Shown here one piece after another: positions 36,826 through 51,400 of a stretch of DNA of 64,000 nucleotides (the first letter of the stretch is position 1; every line of letters begins with the position of its first letter). Source of the DNA: Vitrella brassicaformis CCMP3155 (taxonomy: Eukaryota; Protista; Chromerida); the NCBI GenBank assembly GCA_001179505.1, contig CDMY01000301.1, positions 65,474 through 129,473 on the forward strand, written 5' to 3'. The notes below the pieces were generated by a model. It saw nothing but the letters and a program-made list of their open reading frames with translations. It was not told where the DNA came from and did no database searches. A program made the translations under genes and the position numbers.

Positions 36826-39056
36826 ATGGTTGATGCATGCATCGGTCAATGAGTGGGCTGTCTGTGCGACAGAGATGCAAAGCCATGCTTGTCGCACCGC
36901 GTGTGGGTGGTTGAGATGGGGGTACATGGCATGGATGCGACCTGACTCGATGGATTCACCAATGGTGAATGAATGCCGTCCTTGTCCCTCGTCGTTCCTT
37001 GAGTCCCAATGGTCACTGTTTTGCCATCCAGCATGCTAGCTGGCTGGTGGTTTTCGTCTATGCTTTTGCCAACTGTCTCTTTCCCCTCACACTCATCCCA
37101 CCCACACACGTACACACACATTGGCCCATCTCTGGCAAGACCCGCATAAGCAAGAAAGGATACACACAATACACACAAGGCACTCACCCACTGCATCACA
37201 TGGCCACTCCTCTGTCATTCCTCATTGCCCCACTCTGTGTGCATACCTAACCTAGGAGCTCACTGACTGACAGACTGTCCTAGTAGCTGCACATGACACA
37301 TCACCTCAACTCCTCCCCCTACTCGATGTGTGTGATTCCACACACATGGCTGGCTGGCAGGCAGGCAGGAAGGCAGCAAGGAACCAAGGAAAGGACAGCA
37401 TACGCAGGCAGGCCAGGTAAGGCCAGGCAACGCAAGGAGGTCTCGTCTGGAAAATATGACGACTGAGCGCGCAGCGTCGTCATCCGGACCTTGCAGCGCT
37501 CTGTCGACCGACGGACGGGCGGCCTTACTTGCTCGGTGACTTGACAACACACACAGACGTCGGACTGACTGACTGACACAAAAACGAGCCAAGAACTACA
37601 ATTCGACTAGCGACACAACGCACGAAACAGGAAAGCAAGAAAGATGGATGGGAGGGAGGGAGGGAGGGAGGGAAACATGCAACGGGTCCATGATGTCAGG
37701 GTCCCAGTGTCTCTCTCGGGCAAGCTCCCAGACCACGTATATACCACCGCCCACAGTGAGCTGTACACGCCCTCTAGATGGCTCCTACTAAGGCTATACA
37801 CCCGCACCCACCGATCCATCCCTCCACGCACAGACCGACCCGCGCGCTCCTGCTAATTTGAGTGGAAAACAACCACCCCAGGGCGCAGCTGTGAGTGCGT
37901 CCGCACGTGGATGCATGGAAGTGGCTCAGACACCAGACGTCAGACACCCAGCCGGAACATACAGTATCAGCAGAGAGACAGCAGAGAGAGAGGATGAGAA
38001 AACAAAACAGTAGCAGCAGAGTGGGCGAGACAGGGAGAGAGGGGGGAGGGGGGAGGGAGGGGGGAAAGAGTGAGGGTGCGTGTGAGCATGTCTCTCGTCT
38101 TCGCGGCTCCCTTTCGTTTTAGGAACTCCGCTCGAAGGACAATAAGAGACACACACACGCGACAGCTAGCGGAGACACAGGCAGACAGAGAAACGAGCCG
38201 AGAGAGTGTGTACGGTATGCCTCCGGCATCTGTGTCGTCAAGACAGCGTGGCGGAGACCAGGTATAAAAAGGAGCGATTCGGTACTCTCACAACACACGG
38301 GTGGACGTATAGTATAGACGTATCCGGTGCGTGCGTGTGGGCATGTGAAAAAGAACGATCACTGCACTGGCTGCCATGGACGGATACACACACAGCCAAA
38401 TTATATAGAAAGAAGACAAGACGTGTGTTTGGTGTGGTGACTGATGGGATGGATGTGATGTTGTGGTTGCGACTGACAGACAGACAGACAGACACGCACT
38501 CCCCCACACGTACGATAAAGTGACAGACAGACAGACAGACAGACAGCCAGGCGGACAGACAGGCGGAGAGAGGGGGCTCCCGACACTCACACGGCACACA
38601 CGGATGCGTAGCAATGATTGCAATGCAGTACGATCGATACGGATATGGATATGCTATACATGTATGTATGTATATATGATCCTAATACCGATATGTATGT
38701 ATACACATGTACGTATGTACGTATGTAGGTATGTATGTATGCAGATGTAGGTATGTATGCAGAGACATTGGCACGTGACAAAGAAAGAAGTGAAGAAACA
38801 ATGAGGGGAGAAAGGGATGTGCGAGGGAGTGCGGGAGCGCGTGACGTCAGAATAGAACAACCGACGACAGAGACTGACTAGGGTACACATCACACAAGGA
38901 GGGAGGCCAACAAGCTAACAACAATCCGAACTACTCCTCTCTCTTAGGTGCATTGTCACGTCTCTCAGTGCAGCACAGCAGCCATCCATGCCCCCATCCA
39001 TCGACCGACATCACCCATACAGCCAGGCGAGGCATTCAAACGCCCCATGCCATCTG

Positions 39057-40735
39057 CTACTCCTCGTATGCGCGTGGCTGCGCTCGAATCAGGTCTGCAG
39101 AAGCAAGAAGGTAGATATGGCCATTCTGTTCCGTCAGAGCTGCTGGGCGTTGCGTTTGCGTACCGTCTTCGCTGACGGCATACATGCCGACGAACGTGAG
39201 TGGCGGGGAGGAGGGGATCCTGTTGGCGGCGATGCTCCCACATGCATCGATGAGCCAGCAGGCCACCGGCTGGAGGGGCGGGACGGAGGAGGACGCCCCG
39301 GACGCCCCACTCAGCTGCCTCTCGGGCACTGTGCTCGCCTCCTCCTGCTCTTGCTCGGTCTCATGCTCTTGTTCGTTCTCATTCTCGCCCTCGGTCGACT
39401 CCCTCTCGAGTATGGCGCTGCCTTTGCCCTCCTCCTCCACCACGTTCACCCGGCCGTGAGTCTTGGGCGTCACGGGCTGCGTCTGCGACGTGGCGAACGA
39501 CGTCACCGACTCACTCGCCGCCCCCGGGGTGGCGCACCGTGACTGAATCGGTGTGGGGTAGGGGTGGGTGGCCGGGATGGCAGGGAGGACGGGCGTGAGT
39601 GTGAGAGCGGGTGTCTCAGTTGGTGAGTACGGCACAACCGATATGGGCGGGGGAGGAGGGGGGCTGGTGGGTGCGGGGGGGAAGAAGGAGGGCGGGGGAG
39701 TGTACGTGGAGGGGACCTCTTCGAACTGGTCGTCGTTAGAGTTGTTGCGGAGGAAGGACGTGGGGGACGTCACCAGCCTGATACACACACCACACAGGCA
39801 AGGTAGAGAGAAAGGCGTACAGGTCAGCACGCAGTTAGTGTGGTTGTGTGAGAGTGCGCACCTTCTTTGTCTCAGCTCGCTGACGTCGTGAGCGAAACGG
39901 CAGTGGTCCCTGACACCAAACAAATAGCGCCAAGACACTCAGCGAGCGAATATCACCGCATGCATATGTAAGTTGCCTCCCTCCTCAATCAGTCACCCAC
40001 CCATCCACTCACCTCGCTGGGCAGTTGCCCTTCTTCCAGTGCATGCACAGCGACGTCTTGTAGCAGCCCACCGGGCTCCTCAGGTCACGCTCACCGTGCG
40101 CAAAGGGGCACAGCTCCGCCCCCTTGGTGCACCGACGATTCTTCCAGTCAGGACATATCTTCGTCTGCAAACGTCACGACACATGACACACAACAAGACA
40201 TCCATACACACGATGATGGCGAAGACAGCAGTGCCATCTGATTCGTGTGGTCGGCGCACCTTGAGAAGGTTCGGCGGCACGCAGAGTTCTGCCATGGAGT
40301 GAGCGTACGTACACTCGCTGCCCTTGGAGCAGCCCCGGCCGCCATGGGCAACATGATACTTGCACAGACGCGTCTTGTAACACCTGCAGTACACACACAG
40401 CAGCGCCGGGCGGCCGTGTTGGCCGTGCGTACAGCACAGCAGCTGGTGTGGCTTACTGCATGGATGTGACGCCTGGCAGGGTGGACCGGGAAAAATACTG
40501 TCGGCTCCCTTCACACGGCGACTGGGACGCGCAGCCAGGCGGGAGCACCGCGCTTGTGCTCCGTACCAGGGGAGGGCCGTGGCTGCAGAGAGGAGCACGT
40601 CAGTTTGACAACCCAGTGCAGAAGGGGAGAAGGTGAACTAATTTGGGGCACGGGAGTCCCCCTCGGACAGACACAGACACCTCCGACGGGCTGACTCGGT
40701 TACAATCGCTGGGAGAGTTAGAAGCTGTACGCCAT
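39057..40735 (-). CDS. Tandem CCCH zinc-finger RNA-binding protein (3 fingers) with Pro/Ser-rich tail
   Basis: YKTRLCKYH..GCSKGSECTYAH; TKICPDWKNRRCTKGAELCPFAH; YKTSLCMHWKKGNCPAR|DHCRFAH. Start inferred as a 5-nt exon ATGGC at 40735-40731. Confidence 0.85.
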
Positions 40736-40774
40736 CGGTTACACGGAACCGGACGTTTAAGTCCCAACGGCACA

Positions 40775-40782
40775 TGCGAGCT
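40775..40782 (-). promoter_or_regulatory. AGCTCGCA motif (minus strand) in the CCCH/membrane-protein spacer
   Basis: TGCGAGCT on the plus strand, 40 bp upstream of the inferred CCCH ATG. Confidence 0.55.
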
Positions 40783-40914
40783 GAGTAGTTTGTGGGAGAG
40801 CCATTTCCCTCCTTCTCACACGTAAGCCATCACACGTACTTCACCACACATTCACAGGGGTCATATTGAATCGAAGTTTGACTCCTCAGAGTCTCCCTTT
40901 GCAGAAAATCAGCG

Positions 40915-41603
40915 ATGGCGACCAATCCGAGCCGAGAAGTGCCCCAGCTGTCGGGCACACTCAACCCCCCGGCAGGCGACAGAATCCACCCCCCTCTAGC
41001 CACCTCAGCGTCCACGGCCCCGCCGGGCTCACCGCAGGCGGCCCACACGCAGTCCAATGAAGTGGCTCTCGACATGGAGCAGGTCAGAGGGGATTCCCAT
41101 GCGGCAGAGGAGCGCCACGAAGAGAAGGAGAAGCGTAGCAAGCACAGCAAGCACAGCAAGAGGGACAGCACCAACCCGGGGGGCAGCCGCCAGTCAGCGG
41201 AGATCTTTCCGTCGCGTGCGTCTGAGGATGGGGCGCGCCGCAGCACCGGTGGTGGTGTGATGGAGCTGCCCGATATGCAGGCCCTGCAGAACCAAATCAT
41301 GGAGCAGGAGGGAGAACTCATCTGCCTCAAGGTCAAGGGAAACAGAGAGAGACACCGTATTTGGTCCACATTTGTCTGGCTTCTTCTCCGTGTGTGTCCC
41401 CTGTGTGTGTGCAGTGGATGTTGCTGGTGTCTCTTTTGATTCCTTTTGTGGGCTGCTGCGTGTGTCTGTTCAACCAGAGCGGCAGCCCCGACACGCCCCC
41501 CAAGGTCAAGAGGCTCGTCATGCTCAACCTGGTCTTCTCCATCCTCAACGCCATAATCCTATTCGCACTCAATGTCGTACTCGCTCTGCTGCTCAGAAAT
41601 TGA
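40915..41603 (+). CDS. Hypothetical protein with two C-terminal hydrophobic segments
   Basis: Two exons: MATNPSREV...LICLK|WMLLVSLLIPFVGCCVCLF...LVMLNLVFSILNAIILFALNVVLALLLRN*. Confidence 0.65.
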
Positions 41604-42149
41604 CACACATATGGACGACTCACACAGGAAATGATGAGTGCCGCATGCGTGTTCTTGTTCGGTCGTCTGCGAGAAAGACTGCGGCGAGCGGTAGGTAGGA
41701 AAGTAGGTATTTGTAGGCATTTAGAGGTGTAGTCAGTGCCCGCGTGCCGATGGTGGGGGATTGGTTTGGTTCGGTTTGGTTTGCAACAGTGAGCCGGTTG
41801 GGTGAGCATATGGCTCATGGTGCGTGAATGAATGAATGAATGGATTGATGCGTACGGGAACATTTATAGATAAATTGATTGAATGCATTAGAAATACCCT
41901 TATGTCATCAGAACAGGGAGTCTCATCCATCCATCCATCCGTCCGTCCGTCCGTTCGTCCGTTCACAAGCCTACACGCGGCAGCCGACGCTGTCAGATCC
42001 ATGCGAGCATGAAGCACGCATCGACGAGCAGCTAGACAGCCCACCAGCCAATCAGGCAGCCAAAACGTCCCAGATGTGGCCCGTCTTCTACCGATATGCC
42101 AATATCTCAACCCAACCCAACCCACCCATCTGTCCCCGTTCTATCAGGA

Positions 42150-45100
42150 CTAATTGTTGGCCGGCCCGGAGGCCCCCCTGCCCCCGTATTGCGGATACAG
42201 CTGCGGCCTCTGCTGGCTCGCCGCCATCGACCTATCTCTCTCGACAACACCGCTGGAGAAAGCACCCGCCACTTGCTGCGTCACCTGTATGCCTATCGCA
42301 GGCACGCCACCGGGTGCTCGAGGACGGCCAGACTGCAGCTGAGGGGGCATTGTGTGGTGAGTCGGATGATTGAATGGGCGGCCGTGCGTGAGGGTCAGAC
42401 CCGCCTGCTGCTCGGGGATGAGAGGAACAGCGGACGCCGCGTTCTGCTGCTCACGCATGTTGTAGTCCTCTTGGAACCTGTTGAGCGTCGCGATCGCAGG
42501 CGGCGGACGGGCAGCACGGGCAGCTCCACCCCCCTCCGCACCACCACCAACAGCAGCAAATGACGCTCCTTCCCCGGTCCTCAGCTCGCGCGGCACCGCG
42601 GGCGGCTGCACCATGTGCGGGCCGCCATGCACCCCCAACCGTGACTGGTGGCCGGCGCCCGAATGCGTCGTGGGACCTGGCGTGAATTGGGCTCGGCTGA
42701 CCAGCGGGATGGACGGCGCCGTCTGCTGCTCGCCGGGAGCCTCCTGCCGCTCCTTCACCTGGGCGGGGCGGTGAGCTGTGGTCCCCTTGGCGGCGTCTCC
42801 AGTGTTGATGCCGTTGATGCCGCGCCGATTGATGCGACTGAGGGGTGGAGGGGGCGACGGACGATGGGCTTGCTTGCTCCGACCACCGCCCACACCGGTG
42901 TCCATCGCGCTCGCCCCAGGGGGGCGCTCCGCCCTTCTGGTGCCCAGATTGGTGTTGATTCGGGCGCTCTGCGGCACTGGCGGGGGCATTTTGCGCCGCC
43001 CTCCAGGGACGGCGGGGATGCTTCTGTCACGCGAATAGCCGCTTGATGGGATGAGGGGCGCGCCGGTGCGTCCCTGTGATGCCGCCCGCTTGGTGCTGCC
43101 GGTCGATGTGGTGGACTGGGGGGCCTTGTCGGCCGTGAGGCTGCCGCTGGACGACTGGTTGGATGATGGCGTCATGCGCAGGGAGGTGCGGGTGGGGCCC
43201 TTGGATGGGGTGCGGGTGCCCTCTGCTGCCGGTGTGCGAGTGCCGACACGGCGCTTGGGCGAGTGCTGGCCACTACGAGCGTCATGGCGACGAGGCAACT
43301 ACATGAAGACAAAGAAAGAATGGCTCGCATGGATGAGTGCGCTTCCCAGTGGTGTTGTGTGTGTGTACCTCTGACGGTCTGACATTGCGTGGTCTGTTGG
43401 GGTTGGTGGTGGTGGTGGTGGGTCTGGGCACATGTTCGACGCCAGAGCTATACCCGCCCTTGGCCCCACCCCCACCCCCAGAGGCGTCCTGCTTGTGCCC
43501 CCAATTCTGAGGATTACGACGGAAGTTCCTTGTGCCAGGTCGCGGCTAAGCGGACACAAACCCGACATGAGAACACACACACATGATAGTCATCGAGCGG
43601 CGCTCACCTCTGCAGGCACATCAGGACGCCCCCTCTCACGCTCGTCGTCCGTCACGTAGCCATTGGTGGTAGTGTGGGACTGCTTGTGATCCTTGGTCGG
43701 TGAGGCCTCCTGTTTGTGGGGGTAGAGGGGGATGTTGGCCGGGCTGCGCTGCTGCGACGTGGCTGGGGCGGTTGCATCATCGGCTGGCTCCTCGGGACCG
43801 CCCAAACCGACCGGGATGTTGTTGTGCGACGCTACTGCACACACCACACATACATGCAGGCCAACGAGGGGATGGAATCCCTTAGTGTGTTGTGTTTCCG
43901 TACCGTGTTCGCGTCTCATGTGTCTGCCGATGAGGGAAGGTGACTCCTCCTTCGCCTTCATCTCCTCACGCACGCGGCGCAGCTCCTCGCTAATCAGATC
44001 AACGTGCATTGGACAGCACAGGGGAAGAGTTCTTGACCGACCTGTTCTATGTTGCCATTCGTCTGTCTGTTGCTCACCCGGACTGTTGGTATTTTTCAAC
44101 AAGTTTGCGCAGCAGTGTGTCCTTGCGATTTACCGCCTCTCTGCACAGATCTACCTTCACCTGCAGTCGCTGAAAAACGACCGGCCGCAGACAAACACGT
44201 ATGCACATTGGTTTCAGTGCTGATTCGGTCGTGCGCGTCATGTCACCTGTTCTATCCTTTTCAGGCTTCGGTTGACCTCGGCGGCCTTCATTTTGAAGGT
44301 GTCCATCGCATTCTGGGTGTGGATCGCCGCAGATAGCTTGGAGCGCAACGACTGCAGACACACATATAGCACGCACATAGGGAGAGAGATACTCATTGAC
44401 ACACATGAACCCCCTTAAGAGTGGTGTGTGCAATGCTTCTTCTCACCTTGATTTGATCTTTCGCCTCATCTAAGTTCCTGGGCCCCGTCTCTACGTCACC
44501 GCCAACACCGGCACCTGCCGCCCCACTAGAAGCCTCCTCTCTGGCCCCGCCCCCGTCCCCCTGGCCGCCCTCCCCCTCTCCCTCTCCCTCTTTGTCTCCC
44601 CCATCTGCAGCACCGTCCCCCTCTTCGGTGGGGGGGTGGTCTCTCGGGTATTTGCGGTCCAGGTCTGCATTGTGCTGCTGCTCTGCTACTCGGAGGAGGG
44701 GATAGTAGATGGACCGGGGGCTGGTGTCTTCGAGCTCGGGGCGATCGATGTAGTCAAATCCATAGGGGCGAGGGGTGCTGAATGAAAAGAAATCATGGCA
44801 GAGAGTTGGTTATGTTCATGTTTGCGGTGTTGGTTGTGTTGTGTTGTGTTTGGTCCGTGGTGCTTGTTACCGGCCCTCGCCAGTGTAGACGGATGGCCCC
44901 TGTGCGTATTCTGACGTCTGGGCGTGGTGGTGGTGCATGCCTGGGTGCGGGCCGAGGATGCCGTCATACTCAATGGCGTAGCCATGCGGCACGTGGGGAT
45001 GGTCCACCACATATAGATCATTCTCCTCACCATCACCTGCACATCCAACACATCCACACACACAAATTGAACACGAAACCAAGTGAATGAATGGACCTGT

Positions 45101-45499
45101 TCTGACCACACAAATTGAACACGAAACCAAGTGAATGAATGGACCTGTTCTGGTTCTTTCACCTTCTCCTTCCTGCTCCTCTTCTGCGCCTTCCTCCCCG
45201 GTATCCTCCTCCACCACAGCATACCCTCCCTGCCGCACCTCGTCCAAATACGAGTCGTCCAGCGAACCAAGACGCAAAGCGGACCCGAGCAGCCCAAACG
45301 ATGGATGGCCGCCGCCGAAACCGACAAACGCACGGCCTTGCTGGAACATCTGAGGCACGGGAGGCAGGCTGGACCCGCCCTCGAAGGAAAAGGAAACCGA
45401 ACCTGCTGCTGGCGGGCACACAGCGCTCACGTTCCTCGTGAGAGGAGGAATCTGCGCAGGGGCGCGATCGGATGCATCTCGCCCATCAGGAAAGCTCAT
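42150..45499 (-). CDS. Large low-complexity/coiled-coil hypothetical protein, multi-exon
   Basis: Open exons joined by GT-AG introns; coiled-coil-like LDEAKDQIK|SLRSKLSAAI..LISEELRRVREEMK; 382-codon disordered last exon. Confidence 0.55.
45060..45152. repeat. 48-bp tandem repeat x2, intronic
   Basis: CAAATTGAACACGAAACCAAGTGAATGAATGGACCTGTTCTG at 45063 and 45111. Confidence 0.9.
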
Positions 45500-48400
45500 T
45501 TCTCAACTCAGATTTCAAGCTCGCGGCCATGATCGACCGCGCCCGGAGGCGCGAGATTAGGTAGAAGGGAACTGCCATGATGGCGGCTGCAGCAGCCGCC
45601 AGCTCGATGAAGAAGCGCAAGGCTGAGAATGGAGAGGCCATAGAATCCTCAGCTGCCTCGTGTACTGACTTACTTGCATTTAATCGGTCTTGAATTGGGA
45701 GTGTCTCTCCACCGTCATCCCGCCCAGCACACACACGCGCGCGCACGCCTCCCCTCCCCTCCCCCGCAGCTGCACGCACGCAGACACCTAGAAGGCAAAA
45801 TACCACAACAGTGTGTGAGTGGCTCTGTTGTAGGCAGGCCAAAGCCAAAAGGGTGGCCAACAAAAACACACACACGGGCGATCCGATCCATAGTATCCCC
45901 ACGCAGCACACACACACACACACGGTCGGTTGGAGAGAGAGGCGAGTGGGTGTCCGAAACAAACAAACAGGCGTGAAAAACAGACCACTATTGTGCCCCT
46001 GCCCTCCCGTGCGGCCCGCCACGGACATGTCAGCGATACGATATACGATAGATGGATATGTGTGTGACCGATGGACTCTCTCGTGCGCATGCTTCAAAAA
46101 GGGGAGGTAGTGTTGCATGCGGGACGTGACAGGCACTGCGTTGCGCGTACGTGCGTGTGCGGGTGCACGATCGCGGTCACAACATGTATAAAACGCCATA
46201 CAAACGAAGGTGCGCACACATCTCGTTCCGTGCTCGCATGGTGCCGTGTATGATGGGTGCTTTCGTGCGCATGGGGGTGGGTCAGTCAGCGAATGACTTC
46301 ATCGCTCGCGCAGAGACGCACACCACGATGGACACGCCATTCATGCTGTGTGTAGCGGCAGGCATGTATGCAGCGTAGTACACACAGATAGCAAACACGC
46401 AAGCAGACATTGCAGGCAAAGTACGAAAGGTACGGGAAGTGCACCCAATACATACGTACACCCATGCATGCATACATACATACACATACATATAGATGGA
46501 TAGATACGTAAGGACGTACGACGCACACCACTAAAGCCACACACACATGTCCGGAGGTATATACGCAGACATGCAGGCAGGCTCATAGACAGACAGACTG
46601 ACAGACAGACAAACAGGCAAACAGGCAAACACGGGAGAACCTCTGAAATTGAGGACACACTGCACCCAGGCAGGCAGGCAGGCAGGCAAGAGCCCGGTCA
46701 CACAACTACAGCCCACACGCATGCACACATTCGGGAGCACACAGGGATGTGTTTTGATGGGCACGCACACACACACGGACGAACATGCCTGTACGTACCG
46801 ACGTGAGTGAGCGAGTGGGACACACACATATAGGTGGTGCGGGGTGTGTCTATCTGGAAGGAGGGAGGGAAGGAATGCGGACGTACATCGCACGAACAGA
46901 CATACGGTTGACGCGTTCATGCGGATAGATGAATGGATGGATAATGGAGAAATAGATAGTCGATGGATAGATGGATACACACATACACACATACATACGT
47001 ACATGGTCGTCAGTCGATACGGAGGGTCGATACGGATGTAATGGGAAACGCCATGTACTGTGTACTGTCTGTCGTATAGCGAGCGGGTGCTGGTTCTACT
47101 TCCTCCAATCGGTGCACGTGTCGGGGCGTGCGAGTGAGCAAGTGGTACACCGACAAATTACGACAAATCACTAAAGTGGCAGACAGGCCAGCGGCATGCT
47201 CCCCATCCAGCAGATAGCCTGTCAGTAGAGAGTGAGTGAGTGAGTGGGTCATGCATCTTTGTATGTCATCCATCGATGGATCGAGCCAGTGATGAAAAAA
47301 TGCACCTGTGCAACTGCAAGCAGCGAGGGGGGGGTGAGTGGCAACGCAGCGACACGTGATGGTGGGTGGCACGGCTCACATTATCATGCAGCACGGCTCA
47401 GTCCACACATACACATACACATACCCACAACACATCCATGCAGGTGTGTACCCCCGCACGCACAGAGGGAGAGGGCATCCACCCGTCCGTCCATCTCAAG
47501 AAACTTCTCGCCTCGTTGATTGGACGGGCGAGCCATACCCACCCACATCCACGCACACGTGCCTACTTATGTGCGTGTGTACGCACATGTGCGTGGCTGG
47601 GTGGCTGGGCCGGACGGGACGGAACGGGTCGGATGCTGCACACCTCCTTCTCGGTACGCACGAGTGTACACAGGTGTAGTGAGGGTATGCATGGCACACA
47701 GGCAGGGCAGGTGTGTCCCACATACAAATACAGACACTCACTCACAGAGAGAGAAACACACACACGCATGCAGACGTACCTACGTCCGTACGGTAGGGAG
47801 CAAGGGAGTTAGTCAGTCAGTCAGTGAGTGTGAGTAGGCAGTTTGACCCCAATCACAGCCCCAAGCCCCCCCAGCCACCATTACCCCAACATCTAACGAG
47901 CCACGCCCATGTATGGTATGTATATGTGTGTACGTTTGAAAGCCCCATGTTCCCCGCAGCATGTCTGTAAGCAATATGATATCATATCAGGCGAGTCGAG
48001 TAGAGTAGTGAGTGCATCATAATGATCAATCACTGAATGAAGAGTGGGTGTATGTGTCCGATGGCAGAAGGCACACGTGAAGGAGCCGAGCCCTCGATCC
48101 TTCGATCGATCGCGCGGTGCAAGAAGAAAGATGAGTGCAGGTGCTCCCGTCGTGCCATCTGTCACCCGACAGACAGAACAGCAAAGTGACGCAGCGCACA
48201 ACAAAGTGCCCCCAAGGCGCCCTCAACGCCCTCTCTCTCTGTGTCCCCAACTCCCCTGCTCCCCCTCTCGGGTTCCATGTGTGTCTGGCCATTCATTCAT
48301 CCGCTCGTCAGTACGATCGTGTGTCTTTCTTCTCTCTAAACAATGGCCGCGCGAGCGATCCACACTCGTTGCAAGTCGGAACTTCTGTCTTTCTCTCCCT

Positions 48401-51400
48401 CTATCTGTGTCACGCCGCATCCATCCAGGCTTTCAGCAACAGTGCATGCAGTGCAGTCGATCGAGCGAAGTAGCGGAACGCATACATGTGTAATTGGCAG
48501 CCAGGCAGCCAGTCGGACAGACAGACAGGCAACGTCATAAACGGCTGGGTCGACGAGTGGGGATCAGACCGTCCGAAAAAACGATATTCGTCAGAAGATC
48601 ATCGAGGCATCCACTCGTTCGTTCGTCCATTCGGGAGCGGCAGGAAAAATGCAAAAAAGCATCGTCAAAAAGGAGTGGGTAGTTGCGGCTTGTATGTCTG
48701 TGTGTGTGTGCATTCGTGTCTGTGTCTATCTGCTGTCGCGTGTGTGAGTGTGCGCGCTTGAGGGCAGCTGCGAGAAGGCAAGGGTCAGCCCAGCTCAGCT
48801 TGACTTGACAAACAAGGACGACAGGCAGACTAGACCAGAGCAGGCCTGGCCTCAAGGCCAGACACGGGAAGTATTCACACACAGGAGGGAAAGGGAGAGG
48901 CAGAGAGAGAGGGAGAGGGAGATACGATCAGAGAAGAAGCCAGACTGAGGGAAAAATGGTGAGATCATCCGTCGGCTGCGTGTGTTGAGTCCTACAGCCG
49001 TTTCCAGCGTGTGTAAGGAAGAGAGTGAGAGCGAGGGAGAGAGAGGCAGAGAGTCAGTTGGCCCCCCTAGAGCACCCTAGAGATACTATACAACAGCGAG
49101 AAATGGCCAAGCGAGATTCGATAATGGACAGATGAGGCAGAGGGGGGTAAAGAGGGGGCAGCGTTCCAGCCAGCGATGGATAGAAAGAACAATACGTCCG
49201 TGCGATCGACATCCGTACACACATCCGTTGTGTTAGTTGCTGCCTACCAGCCATCTATGCGACTACACATTACGTACACGACACACCAAGAGAGACGACA
49301 GAAAGACAGACCGACAGACCGAGGAGGAGAAAAAGTGTGCTTGATAGAAAAGAACCAAAGCGTCCCTGCGTGTATAGGCGAGACGAGCGGTTGGTTGAGA
49401 ACCAGGCCGAGGGGCGAAAATCAAAACAGACCCAAACACCCACCCACACGCGACGCAGGAAGCAGAGGAGCAAACCATTCCTCTGCCTGCACCAAGTACC
49501 AATCGCTCTTCCTTTTACATAACATAACATAACAAAACAACGAAAGGAAGCCGACTCACTTCTTCTTGATTTTGACTAAGTGCGTGCTTACATATCCATC
49601 GCTCCCTCCACGGTACATAGTATATTATGCATCAGCCGTCACCACTTGTTCCGTCCTCCGCTCCTCCGCTCTTACCCACGGACGTGACGTACAAAGGTGA
49701 CTAAACCCCCCACATGCCTGGCTTGATGGATGGATGACATGCATAACAATACATCCATCCGTCCGTCCGTCCTCCCTCCAGTAAGTAAAATCCTTGAAAA
49801 GAAAGACGAAGCCTCATATGTGCGCGCGTGCGTGGCAACCGACGTAATACGTACAGTGAGTGAGCGAGCGAGCGACAATCCCTCCCGTCCATGAATGACC
49901 AAGTGACCGACCAACGACTGGCGGACTGACTATAGACGAGTTAGGTAGACACCCCGACCCCACACCCCTAGAGTGAGTGGATTGATGTACATCCATACAA
50001 TCAAGCAGGGCATGACCCACAGGCGCTCACCTCACGTATGCACAAGAGGCAACCATCCACCCACCCACCCGCCCGCCCGCCCAACCATTCAGCCAGGAAG
50101 CCAGAGCCCGTCCGTCCCCTTATCGCTACATACATCCCTGCAGTGCTTTGTGGTTGAAAAAAAAGGACCCAGCCGGGCTGGGCTGCCCTCGGTCTGTCTT
50201 TGTCTCTCTCTGTTTCTGTCCGTGGTGTGCGACGGCATGTAGGGTAGGTACAGACATACAGGGAGGCAGGCAGGCAGACAGCAGGCCATTCACACACGCA
50301 TCCAGCAGGCATCCGTAGCACCTAGTACTATACCCATGTAGCACCATCCAGCCATCCATCCATCAGCCAGTCAGCTACACAGACACACGCCCATCCATCC
50401 AATCATGCATTGACCCAATTCGCAATAAGCAGCAGGAGCAGCAATGAGTCGGTTCATGCAGCTCAGCACAGCAGGCGAGAGGCAAAACCTGACCCGCACC
50501 GTCCATCCATCTAGGAAGGCGTTATGTGCGGCGTCAGCTATCGAATTGCATTACATATGCGGCCTCTCCTCTTCGCGACGCCTGCCTGCACGCCAGCCAG
50601 ACCGACAGCCATACGGATCACACCCCATCACGTCTTCCACACACAGGTCCCTTCCCTCTTGATTCCACTGACTCGTTGCTTGATTCCAAAAGCGACAAAA
50701 GAACCGCTCAGCCCCCCTACTACACACCGGCCCACCTCACATCCATCCATGCACACTGCACACACAGCAGACAGGCAGACGATTAAATATGACATCACAC
50801 AGTGACATACACACCATTCACACCATGCACACCATGCCACATCATGCAAGCATCAGCACGTCAATCCTCCAGAGGGCTCGTGTTCCTTTTCATTCTCTGC
50901 CTCGATCCAATGAAGGCGGGGCCAGCAAAACGGCACACATTACGCCTTCCGGGCAGCTAGTCAGTCAGCTAGCCACACGAAAACACAACAAGTGCACTAC
51001 CGAGCAGCATCACCTGAGGCAGACAGCACCGAAAAGAAGAAAACGGTGAGAGCCCTCTCGGGATCGGAGGATTGAGTGCGATCAGAAGATGTCACATCAC
51101 AACAGCTAACACGACGGACAGGCCACACACGGAGACACGAGAGAGAGATGGGCAACCGTTGATAGGTATGCACAGCAATCATGTAGTTGGGTGGCATGTA
51201 CTCACGCACGCCAAGACAGAGAGAGAGAAAGAGAAGCGGAGGGACAAAAACAAAGCGAAAAATCAACATGAAGAAAGAAAGAAATAAGAAAAGAAAACGT
51301 GAGAACTGTGTGATAGTATAACTTTTCTGCAGGGCGTTGAACCGATCGCTGTCTCCCTCGGTGCCTTGCAGTCGTCACGGTGCATGCATCATTCGCAGTT

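Noticed and set aside
38255-38275. TATAAAAAG as a TATA box for an snRNA or small gene
   Set aside because: No recognisable U-snRNA, tRNA or credible spliced ORF downstream.
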